Shown here one piece after another: positions 13,501 through 25,838 of a stretch of DNA of 64,000 nucleotides. The notes beneath the pieces were generated by a model that worked only from the letters and a program-made list of their open reading frames with translations, made no database searches and had not been told where the DNA came from. This DNA is from Lytechinus pictus (taxonomy: Eukaryota): assembly GCF_037042905.1 (NCBI RefSeq), contig NC_087263.1:11534001-11598000 (forward strand), written 5' to 3'. How positions within the stretch are numbered: position 1 is the first letter of the stretch; each line of letters opens with the position of its first letter. The position numbers and the translations under genes are program-made.

Positions 13501-16500
13501 CATTCGTAAAGTCACTCTTAACTTACGAACGAACACCTTTATGAAATATCCCCCAGGCCTATTGTAATTATTCCTTTCTTTGCTCGTGCCGTTTCTTTTG
13601 CCATCCTTTGTATCAACTATTTCTTGGATGAGTGTTACCCTCAAGTCTATCCCACCACGTTTCTTTGTTCCTAGTCAAGCCAAAGACGCATCCAAGCCCA
13701 GATTAAGTGCCCTCGGTGCCCCTCACCTATGCCACCTGGTCTCCCCTGTAATGTCAATGTCGTCGGATAAGTAAGGGTCACGACCTTTTAGTAGGGTCAC
13801 CGTCCCCGCTTTCGTGTTCAATATTGAATGGTTTCTGTACACGTATGCATGCAGTCTCATCCATTTGCAGACAACTTTTCAAAGTGTGTGCTTTGATTTT
13901 TTTTTCCATTAAAAATAGAGACCAAACCCTTCAAATCCATAATGTTTGAACCAGCGGCAGTTGCTTTGTGAACGAAAATAATCTGCATATTAGGCCAATT
14001 ATGAACTTTGATCTGAAACCCAACACTCATCTCAATTTTATCAATAATATATTCTTTAAAATTAAAAATATCTGGTCCCAAGTTCCCAACCAGAACACTA
14101 TTTCTTAATTTTATCTTTAGAAAAATTGAAACAGAAGCAATGGCAGCGCAATAAATTGTTGGGTCACTTTCCAACCTTACATGTATGGACTTGTAATATT
14201 ACCTTTGTGCGGATATATTATGGTTGGGAAAAATTGATACAAATTGCATTCAGCCAGCATTCAAGAAGTTGAGACATTATCCATATCCTGTATTATTGTG
14301 AAGAACAAACACATCCATCAAATGTATGTTTTTGTCATTGCTTGTCCATGATAAAATGTTGAACTGCAAATGGTAGATATTGCATGATTTGCATCTGACT
14401 CCATCTGCATCGCTAGAGTCCTCTCCGTTGAAGCTTAGTAACGCACTAAAAATAGATTTCCTAATTTCTGAATGCTTGTTGTATGCTCATATATTTATGA
14501 AAAAAAAAATCAACATTCATATATATCCATACATATTTATGTGTTTGTTACCATGGGCATCAGCGCAAAGGATTATCTGTGTGTTTTTTTCCGGGGGGGG
14601 GGGGGGGGGGATCCAACAATAGATGTCCCAACCCCCCCCCCCAAAAAAAAAATACTAGCATAATCCTCTGCGCTGACGCCCGTGTTTGTTATACCCCTTT
14701 TCCTGTTTTAGTGTTCAATGTCATAGAGTCGCTGGGATGTTCGAACCTCATGCATGATTCTCTAAATGTTTTTTAAAAAATGAAGAGAGGTCGGAAAATG
14801 CTTGAATATCGATGATTGACAACCTTCTTTGACATGTAAAGAGTTTCTCTACAGGAATTAAACTGTATTTCAGACAATATGAGGTTGTCTCCATTGTCAT
14901 ATTTCAAAAATGCAGCTATTTCTGAGGTGTTTAATAGCCCAGCGACGAGGTACTGCAGTAAGGTTTTGCGCTTTATTGCATTTCCTGAAAAAAATAACAT
15001 TGCGCATGTGCACTGTATTTTTACATGTACATCAAAGTCTGACTGTTTGAGTTTTGATTATTAAATAAAAAGGAAATCCAAAAAAGAACAAAAATAAAAT
15101 CAAAGATCAAGGAAGCTTGAATTGTGGTAGACTTTGAATGTCTACAGTTTATGTACATACTGTACAGTAGGCCTACATAAAAATCATCATGAGAATTCAA
15201 ACAATTATTAAACAATAGTGGCTATGCCTGTGAGTGTTGTACATGTATTTTCATTGTATTTTTTTGTTCCTACCCTTTACACATTAACTTGTCTGTTCAG
15301 TGCAATATCTGAAGAGTAAGTACAGTCCCATACATTGGTTCTAACATACCGGTAATATTTTCTCTAACATCTAGATTTGCCGTTTAAAAGCTAACAACTT
15401 CTTTTTTTTTGCAAACTGACTTAATATGATTTTGTCTCTTTCATTCTGCGTCCCATTTGGCCAAAGAATGTCAATAGAGTTCTAATCCATTGCCACTTCA
15501 ATAGAGCGAATCGGCCGCTGTACTTATACACAGCCTAGAAGAGTTACTATACTCAGGGGTGTGAGAGTTCAGATTTTTATCTGATTTCAGATTTTTTTTG
15601 GTTTTTATTTTCAGCTTATTTTGGCTTTCCTCTGTACATAATGTATGGAAGCTCTTTCTATTTCAGACTTATTCAGCACTATTCAGCTTTTTTCAGATCT
15701 TTTTATTTGTGACTACTCACACCCCTGTATACTAATGAAGTTCACTTTGACAATAAATCGGTTTGGTTTTAAATATGAATATTTAAAGTTTGATTTGTGA
15801 CATCATATGCAAGCAGCTACCCCATATATCATTTGACAAGTTGTTTCTGATTTAGATACGTGGGGTGCGGGAGGCCCAGGGGGAGGGGGGGGGGTTGAAC
15901 TGTATCAAGAGTACATGTAGCCGTTCATATTATGCCAAGGCTACAAAATATACAAATCAGACTGTGTCTAATTGTCCATGCCCATGGAAGATTGAAGTAC
16001 ATGTACCCTTCTTCAATCTACCAAATATTAAAGGATAATTGGGTTATTTAAAGTGTATTAAAGAAGGGCACAATAACTCTTGACTGTGTACACAAAAAAA
16101 ATTGAGGACCTGGGTCCCATGACACAAAGTTTAGCGATTGATTATTAATTTCAAAGAACAATTCTGATTGGTTCATAGTCAGTCTACTTATCAAAATGCG
16201 CATGCAACGATGATCTTGATTGGTCATTTCATTTAGCGATTATTCGCTATTAAACATTTGTGTTACGGCGCCCAGATCAGCCATGAAGGTTTGATTACAT
16301 GAACTACTTTACTATAAAATGCATGTTTAATACAGTTCTAATGCATTTTATAGTTGTGGTACTCTAAAGTTGTCAGAGCAGAGTTTCAGAAATTAATACT
16401 GGATAACAATGCAATTAGGCGCATCATAGCAATTTGTAATTGGTTGCTCTAAGACTTTTTAGAAAAAACAAAACAACAGCAACAACAAAAGTACCAGTAA

Positions 16501-19500
16501 CACAACAAAACCTAAATTCTGCATCCTCTTTTTTTTATACATTTGACTAATTTTGGGCTGTTTGTTGTATTAAAATTTCTTGTGATGGGAAAGGTTAACA
16601 ATTTTTTCATGTTCCACATCTTTTGTTATATCTTCTCTTTTCTGAAACCTGGCATTCCCCATTTCAAGTGAATTTTTTGTTTGTGTGTGTGTGTGCTTAT
16701 CAGATTTTAAAAGCAATATTTTTTTTATGATAATGATAATGATGAAAACTCAGATTTTATAGGCGTGTATCAAAAATAATTGTCCTGAAAAAAAAGGAAA
16801 ATTTGATTGAAAGAAAAAAATGACATTTTTTTTTGTCAGAAAGTTTGAGAAAGATTATCAGTAGTTGTTATGAAAGCCCACATTACTATCTCAGAAAGTC
16901 TAATTCAGTATCTTCATGCATGGTGCAAGGTCAGTTTGCACCAACTTATTAAAGTTCATTAAACCATAAAACCAGATGGTCTCTTCTTGCTTTTCCTGAA
17001 AAATGACAGAATATGTCTCCTTGTGCTCTTCATTTGACTTTCTCATACTCTCAATTGTCCTTTGCCCTTCTGCATTTTAACTGTGTTAATACCTTTGCTA
17101 AATTTGAGGAATTAGAGTGTCCTGTCCTTATAATAACATAAAACAGTAGATTCAGATTCACCTTTAGAAGTTAAAAAAACATTCTTGAAGATATTTTTAT
17201 GAAAGAGGGAATATATTCTTGCTTCTAGTTCAAGCATGGAGTACATTCTGTACTTATTGAAAAACAAAGAAATATGAAATGTACATCAGGGTGCTACATA
17301 AGCACTTGCCCAATTTGCCCTAGGCAAATAAAAGTTAGAGTCGGGCAAGTGTTTAGAAGTAAAGACCAAAACTACTTGCCCGAATTGGGAAAGCAAAATT
17401 CTCACAGTGGAATGACCAAAATTTGGGTCGTTATTTTTTAAATGATATCGACCCTAATTTTGGTCATAGCGGGCAAGATAAAATCACTTTGGAAAAAGAC
17501 ATGCAAAGACAAGGTACGTCGATTCATGTCAAAAGAGAGAAAAGAAGTTCAATGGTTTATAATTTTGATTTTTATGATTTTTTTCGGGCAAGTGAAATAG
17601 ATTTTGGGCAAGTATATTCCAACTATTTAAAAATTTACTTGCCCAACCGGGAAAGTGCTTCTAAAATGTTATGTAGCACCCTGTACATACATGTACATAC
17701 ATGTACATACATGTACAGTACTGTACTAGACCTGTATATGTATGTACATGTACATTACATTTCTATCTTTCTCCCGCTCTGCTTTTCTAAATACTTCAAT
17801 TACTTTTGCTTAAAATTCTATTATGCAAAGTATTTCATTTATTGATAAAAATTTGCATAATATTTGTAATATCTCTCTAATTTCGTTTTATACACTTTCG
17901 ACAATATCGCTTGCTTGCTTGCTTAAATTATATTTCATTTAATATAGAAGTTTTTGCATGTGTTCCACCTTTGTTGTAGATAAATTGAACAAAGCTCCCA
18001 ACATTTCTTAATTCGAAGGAAAGAATCTGAGTTTGGGATGTTCCAAGCTGTTTTTATGGTTTCCAATACTCCTTGATACTCATAACATTTGAGAAAAGTC
18101 ATACACATATCTAATTTTCTGTATTAAGAACTGTTGGGAGATCTGGTTTATGCTTGTTCATTTTACTTTCTGTGAATTTCACATTTTTGAGTAGACATGT
18201 TGCATTGTGTATTAAGGCCACCGCACACCTTACGACCCGACTGGTCGGCGACTGGCTTGCGACTGAGTAAGGGGAGATGAATCGCAAGGTAGTCATAAGC
18301 CTCGACACCGCACACCTTGCGATCCGATCTGCGACTCACGCATGCGCTTTTTGCTTTTTGTCATTGCAACTGAGGAAGTGCGCTTACTACTGCGTAAGCG
18401 CGTTGTTTATCATATACGCGTCGTGCAACTCTGCTGTCTGATTGGCTGGAAGTTGGATTGAGCTTGCGATCCAGTCATAAGGATTCGACATGTCAAATCC
18501 TTACGATTTTCCTTGCGACTTGTCTCTGACCGGTCTGCGACTCGAAGCTGACAAGAGCTGTGACGTCACATCTCCCCTCACCCAGTCGCAAGCCAGTCGG
18601 CGACTGGTCGGGTCGTAAGGTGTGCGGTGGCCTTTAGATGTACAAGTAGATACAGAACTCTAAATGTTTTGGTATGCACAACATCGTTCAATGTATCTAC
18701 ATGTATCTATGGTTCTTTATACAAGAGATACACTTGATACTTCATTCAATCGATTGTTAAACTTTCTATGCATGGTTTGCTATAGTGTGCAAATGATCTG
18801 AAAAGGCGGTGCTGCACCATCCCGAGTTTGCTCAATCTCGAGATTTTAGCCCGATCAGCCCTCTTCGCGATTAATCTCGAGATTCATGAAACCCCGTCTG
18901 CACCATCCCACGAGGAGCTATATATCTGCTCGAGCGAGGCAACAAGCCCGATATTCCGGGCATGCGCACTTTCGGATCTTGGAGTTTCAACGGCCCGCGC
19001 TTTTGAATAACTTCCCGCGATATGCAAGCAATGAACTCCTTTCATTAGTACTTTCGCCGAATTCAACCGGTGTTATGCAACAATCCTTTCAGCTCAGCGA
19101 GTGAAGAAGTGATGTATTCTTCGTGAAATATGATGGCGGAGTAGGAGGCAACGACAGAGAGAGAGAGGGAGAAGGAGGAAAGAAATGCTATTTGCTCACA
19201 TTTTGCGAAGGAATAAGACAACACTGCTGTCAGTGTTGTTATTGAATATGACCATCGTCGATGCGATGAGCGCCTCCCCCTTCGGTCTGGTCTCTCCCGG
19301 GGTCTCTCCCAAAATCCATTCACTGGTGGGGACACCATCGTTGCTTATGAACGCTATTCGCATGTATAAAGTTGACTTTCGCACGTGTTTATGTTTTGAC
19401 CAAGGCGGAAGTGGAACGCGAATTGCATTATGGACTGACGTCATGAATAAATTACCCCGAGTCCAATCTCGAGTGCGTCTGCACCGACGAATTAGCGGGA

Positions 19501-22500
19501 TAATTCGTAAAATAGCGCGCTATTTTGCAAATAAACCCGAGTTGACTTGGGATTGCAATCTCGAGATTAATCCTACGAACTAGCGCGATAATTGCGTCTG
19601 CACCGCCAACTATCTCGAGATTTTTCAGATCGGGATAATTTGCCGGATCAGAAATAGCGCGCTAATTTGAAACTTCGGGATGGTGCAGACGGCCCTAAAA
19701 TGTGAAGACTTTCCTTTCTATTGGAAAAACAACAATATTTATCTAAAAAACTACAATATCCTACCCCTTTTTAACATGACTTTAAAGGAAAGCTAAACAA
19801 AATGCACCAAATTTGTCATTCTGTAGCCGTTATGTAGTATCCAAGTGGACACAATTCACTTTTTTCTAGCCATTTTTAGGGGAGGCAAACAGCCACAAAA
19901 CAGCCATAAAAAAGAGAGGAAGAGAAAAACGGCTTAAGACGGCAAGTTGCTCAAATGTTTGATCCTTTGGATTATGATGAAATCATGACCTGTTGACCTC
20001 TGCCCTTTGACCTCTTGCAGTTTCCGACACAGTATGTCCGGTATGAACCTGGTGGAGATGGACAGCCGACGGCCGGTCAACAATCGGGAGTGGCGTCAAG
20101 GACGCAGGGACAGCAAAGATTTTGCCGTCGCTACGTCCCCAGAGTTTGTCAGGAAGTACGGAGGCAACTTTGTTATCAATAAGGTAGGATGAGGCTGAAA
20201 AAAACCTTTAAATTTTGCTTTTATTAAAACCTGAGTACCTGACCGACCCTTGTTAAATCTTCTGAATTATCAATTTTATTCAAATTATACCAAGGAAATG
20301 ATTTGGCAACTGACCCTTATTTTCATAAATTTTAAAAATATGAATTTGAATTAAATTTATTTGGCAACATTAAAAATCAATATTAAAATCATTTACAATC
20401 ACAATGATGTACAAAATAATGAACTACATACATGTACATGTAGGACATCTTTAATACATGTACTTGTAGATGAGGCCCTCCGGCAACACAATAAAATAAA
20501 TAGATAAATAATGAATGAATGAATAATTGATTAATATAAACTTCATATAAATTACATCAAGCATTTTACCCTGTTACATGTATCTCTCTCCAGGTTTTAA
20601 TTGCTAATAATGGAATCGCTGCTGTCAAGTGTATGAGGTCTATCAGAAGATGGGCTTTTGAAGTCTTCAGGAACGACAAGGCCATCAGGTTTGTCGTCAT
20701 GGTAACACCTGAAGATCTCAATGCAAATGCAGGTACAATAATTTTATTCTTGTTTTAAGGATATTTTGTTCAAAACTCAAAATAATAAATTAATTTGATA
20801 TATTGATAGTAAAGAATCAGAGAAAGAAGGGAGACTAACCATAATTTTGCTTATATTTTCATGTCACTCATCAGATAACAATCTCTATCTGTTTCTTAAG
20901 AAAGAAATGTTCTCATGAGTGAAAATGATTGATGGCTACTCAAATTTTCAAATTTCATTTCCTTCGATAAAGAGCTAGGATTTTGTGGTGATGCCATTTA
21001 TACCATTACTGTATCTGGTCATTTTAAAAAGTGATTTCCTGCAAGTTTGAGATGAATTGTATGTACTGTACGAGGTATTAATAAACAACCGTAAGTTGCA
21101 GTGATATAAGACTGTGAAGAGTGCCCCCCCCCCCCCAAAAAAAAAGTAATAATAATAACAAAATAAATAAATAAATAAATTGAATAAATAAATAAATAAA
21201 ATAAAACAAGTGTGGGGATTGGACAAGTCACTTGAAAATTAAATGTATTAAAGGTCAGATGCAGTATAAGAATAGCAGATTGTTATTGTGCATCTTGAAG
21301 AAAGTTGTTTCAGTGTAAACAGCCCATAGAAAACCGTAGTATATTATGCTTTACAAAGTCAAGTGATTATGCACATTTTAAGGTTATCTCAAGATACACC
21401 TTAATCCCATAATCCCTTCATTGTGGTCACTAGTAAGAATGTGTGATTGAACCTCTTTTTGTTGCTTGACTGGCTTTGCTTCTTTATACCTGTCTGCCTT
21501 TTATGTTTGTGGGTGTGTGTGTGTGTATTCATACCAGGTATTGGATGTAAACTGCGCAGTGTTTAAAGGAGAATGAAACTCTTGGAGCAAGTTAGCTTTT
21601 GTGAAAGCAGAAAAATCAAAGAATAAGATCAACAAAACTTTGAGTAAAATAGGACTAGCAATAAAAGAGTTATGAGCATTTGAATGTCGAGATCACTAAT
21701 GCTATGGAGATCCTCCCATTGGCAATGCGACCAAGATCTGTGATGTCACACACGTACAACTCTCCCATTTGGACACTGAAAATATACCCCAAAACATCTC
21801 TTTTTGCTCATTCTAATCACATGACAAACGATTCATCAATGATATAATGTTGTGAAACCTCTGTACTTGTCATCTCATAAAGAGAACACCTCACCTTTTG
21901 ATAGACTCTATAAAAGTGAGAATATAAGTGAAATAAGTACTAAAGTAATGAGGGAGTTGTACGTGTGTGATATCACAGATCTTGGTCGCATTGCCGTTGG
22001 GAGAATCTACATGGCACTAGTGATCTCAATATTCGAATGCTCATAACTTCCTTATTATTCATTCAATCTTCCTCAAACTTTCAACAATATGTTTCTTTGA
22101 TTTTTCTCTTTGATATGGATTCAGCTGGTTTCAAGGGTTTCATTCTCCTTTAAAGTCGATGTAAAGATTTAGTACAAGGTCAATAATATCAATTAGTGTG
22201 TGTATTCATACTAGGTATCGGATGTAAACTGCAGTGTTTAAAGTTGATGTAAAGATTTAGTATGAGGTCAATAATAATAATTATATTGTAGAATTTTAAA
22301 AATTTGAAATAATGAAACCACTTCTCAGGCCTGGAGGGTGATTCACGAAGATTTACAGTCGCATTTAAATTCCCAGTTGCCAGCAGTATAAAAAACATCA
22401 CCGCATTGGTCAGATGATGCGAATGGGATGTGCACTACTGTGTATTATTCAATAAGATTGTGCGGTACAAATTGTGAATGCGTCAGCATTAAAGCATGAC

Positions 22501-25500
22501 TCTCAGTCTTACTTTAATATTAAAAGGTAAAAGAAAGTAGTTACAGCAAACAATTATTTCATGAGAAAGTATTTTAAATCAAGGTTAATTGTCACCATAT
22601 CATATATCTCGATCTGGTACATTAATGTAAGCTGATCTTTGCGAAATTATGAAATCTTAGCTAAAAATCAATAATTTTGATGATCACTAACACAGAAAAG
22701 CATTTGTGGGACAGTGTATTAAAATTGCTTGGAAAAATACCTGACATTTAATGGAATTCCGTGCTTATTTTGCTGATTTCTCAGCAAATACGCTATTTCT
22801 TCCAGAGTCATTTGGCATGTATTTTTATTTATACATGCAAACACTTTGGTGTTTCTTTATTGGATTCTTTTCGAACTCATTTTTTTATCATTACCACAAC
22901 TGGTATTTATCTTTAACTCTTTGTGAAACACGCCTCTGGTGTTGGACATAAATTGTCTAGTAGTTTCTTTCTCTCACCCAGCCGTTTCTTTTGTATGATA
23001 AGTGCTCAAGGGGTCATTTCAAAGAAAAATAAAAACGTTACAAAGAGAGAGATCTAGATAACTCCAAAATTTCATTTCAAATTTGCTCAAATACTGATGG
23101 TTTTGAGAAATAAAGAATGTAAAAATTGCACAATTTATTCACTAAATCACACTTTCATTTCATATCCTCCACTTCGTAACTGTTTTGGGGCATGTACAAA
23201 CATTCAAGAGAGAAATTTGAGGAGCGACTGTCAATTTGTGGGGATATCTACCTAAACTTGAAATAGGCATTATGTTGTTTAAAACAATGATTAACAGTAG
23301 TTTTTTAATGAAAAAATTGTATTTCTCTTCTTCTTTTTGCACAGAGTACATCAAGACAGCTGACCATTATGTGCCTGTACCCGGCGGGTCCAATAACAAC
23401 AACTATGCTAACGTCGAGCTCATCGTTGACATAGCAACCCGTATGCAGGTGGAAGCAGTGTGGGCGGGGTGGGGTCACGCCTCCGAGAACCCCAAGCTCC
23501 CTGAAATGTTACACAAAAGCGGCATAGCTTTTATAGGTGAGGATGCTTTCACTAAAAACACTGGGTGATTTCAAGTCTGGTGTTGGTGTTTATGTTAGAA
23601 GCACAATTGGGATATTGTATGTCCTAGCTCCAAAAACCTAGTTTGAGATTACACAAATGATCCAGATCATGATATTGACAGCTCAACACGTAGAGAGTTA
23701 CTTTTCAGAACCAACTTCATTTTATGTTTGGTGCTATGACTCAACTATTAATTGGCATACATGTAAGACACCAAAAGGTCAACACCGAACTTGAAATCAC
23801 CCACTAGTGCTCAAGGGATTGTTTCATGATGCATCTTGCCAGTGATTCTCACTGTCAAATTTGCTCTGAGCCAATCAGATGCAAGGATCTCAGTAGCTAA
23901 TATCAAATGTCAGTGAATATCACAGTCCATTTGTTCATGAAAACTCCCCTGGTTTTCAATAGCTAGCTAGTATACATGGCCAGAGTTTTTTCAATTTCGA
24001 TTTTTATTTATTCTACTGCTCCTGTATGTGTTCTATAAAGTCCCTTTGTAGGTACAAAATAGTGTCTCTTTGTTCATGTTTAGTAGACAGACACTTGTGC
24101 ACTCTTAATTCTGAAAGCTAGCATATTCCATACTTGGTAATATTAAGAAAGGAAAAATATTGTTTGAAGCTTTTCCTTAAGATGCCTTTATACATGTATG
24201 TAGTGTTAGTGACAATGAAAACATCTGTCTTGGTTGAATTCCATGTTGAATTATCATTGCCGAAACCATTGTTTGAATTTTGTATAGAATTAGCGTAGCT
24301 GAAACTAAATTTTGCCAAATTGGAGTGTTTACTTTACTAATGGATAATAATGATAATAATGGTATATTTACCCAGGGTAGCCATTCATTTCCAAAAACTG
24401 TTCTCCCAGTGGGCCCCTTCTATTATTATTACCCGGCTTTAGCTTGGTTTCCTAGGCCCTCAAGCGTTCTAGGAATTTCTTCCTACCGGTTACCCATTCA
24501 CCTAGTCTGGGTTAGTGCAGCACAATATGGGTAAATTTCTTGCTGATGGAAAACACGGCATGGCGAGGAATAGAACCCATGTCCCTCAGATTGAGGATTG
24601 AAAGTTGAGAGTCATAACCACTAGACCAAAACGCCCCCACAAAGGGAAACACAAAATAAAAAAGAGAAACCACTGATGACCATGTACATAATACTGGTAT
24701 ACTTGTTTATTCATAAATAGGTCCACCTGAAAATGCCATGTGGTCACTGGGGGACAAGATCGCATCGTCCATTGTTGCCCAGAGCGCTGGGGTGCCCACC
24801 CTGCCGTGGAGTGGGGATGGCTTGACCATCGACTGGACCGAGGAGGACGCCAAGAGCGGCAAGGTCTTGACCATCCCTGATGAACTCTACCGCAAGGGAT
24901 GCGTGATGGATGCCGAAGAGGGCTTGCAGGTAACATTGTAAAGGCAGGGAAGTGGGAGTTAGACAGGGAAACCAGTACAAAAGGACCACTTGCTTGATGG
25001 GGATAGGGAAGCTGTCCATATTGGCTGGTCTATATGGAGGTGTTTTTGCTTTTCTGATTCTGAGAATTAGACACTTTGTTTATTGATGGATAAAACTCAC
25101 TCTTATTTTCAACTCTTGTAAATGATCATTGTCCGTAAACCAAGAAACATAAGAAATTAAATTAATGGTAAAATAGATTAAAAAAGAAAAATTATGATAT
25201 TGAATATTTTTAAAGTATATTTGATTAGAATCCTACAAAGGGTCTGTGAATAAAACAAAATTGCAGATTTCGAGCCTTCTTAAGTTAAGTAGAGCAAACT
25301 TTCTTATTTTATTCATAAAGTAGCATAATTAATTATGAGAATTTTCAAAGAATTTGATCGTTTTGTATATTATGCCATGAGTAACTCTTGTGACGATTTT
25401 CATTGTGATTTCCCAGCCTTCTTAGGCACCGAAATAGTCCAGTCTTTTTAAGGTAAGCACCTCATAAATGTTACAAATTATCATCATCGGCATCAATTCT

Positions 25501-25781
25501 TTTAACTATCAGGCTGCGGAGAGGATTGGATTCCCTGTGATGATCAAAGCTTCAGAGGGAGGAGGCGGAAAGGGAATCCGAAAAGCAGAGGACAAGGAGG
25601 ACTTTGCCAGTCTCTTCAGACAGGTGCAGAATGAAGTACCAGGCTCGCCCATTTTTGTGATGAAATTGGCAAAGAGGTAAGTGTCATTAATGAATATTTT
25701 ATTATTATTATTATTATTTATCATATTATTATTATTATGATGATGATGATGATGATGATGATTATTATTTATTATATTATT

Positions 25782-25838
<57 letters not shown>

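Noticed and set aside
18828..19583. GC-rich ORF cluster or CpG island as a nested gene or promoter
   Set aside because: It lies entirely within a TIR-bounded MITE and has no recognisable protein motif.
21852..22046. Duplicated [16 protein letters not shown] (also at 54201)
   Set aside because: Non-ATG ORF inside two copies of the same MITE; no transposase features.
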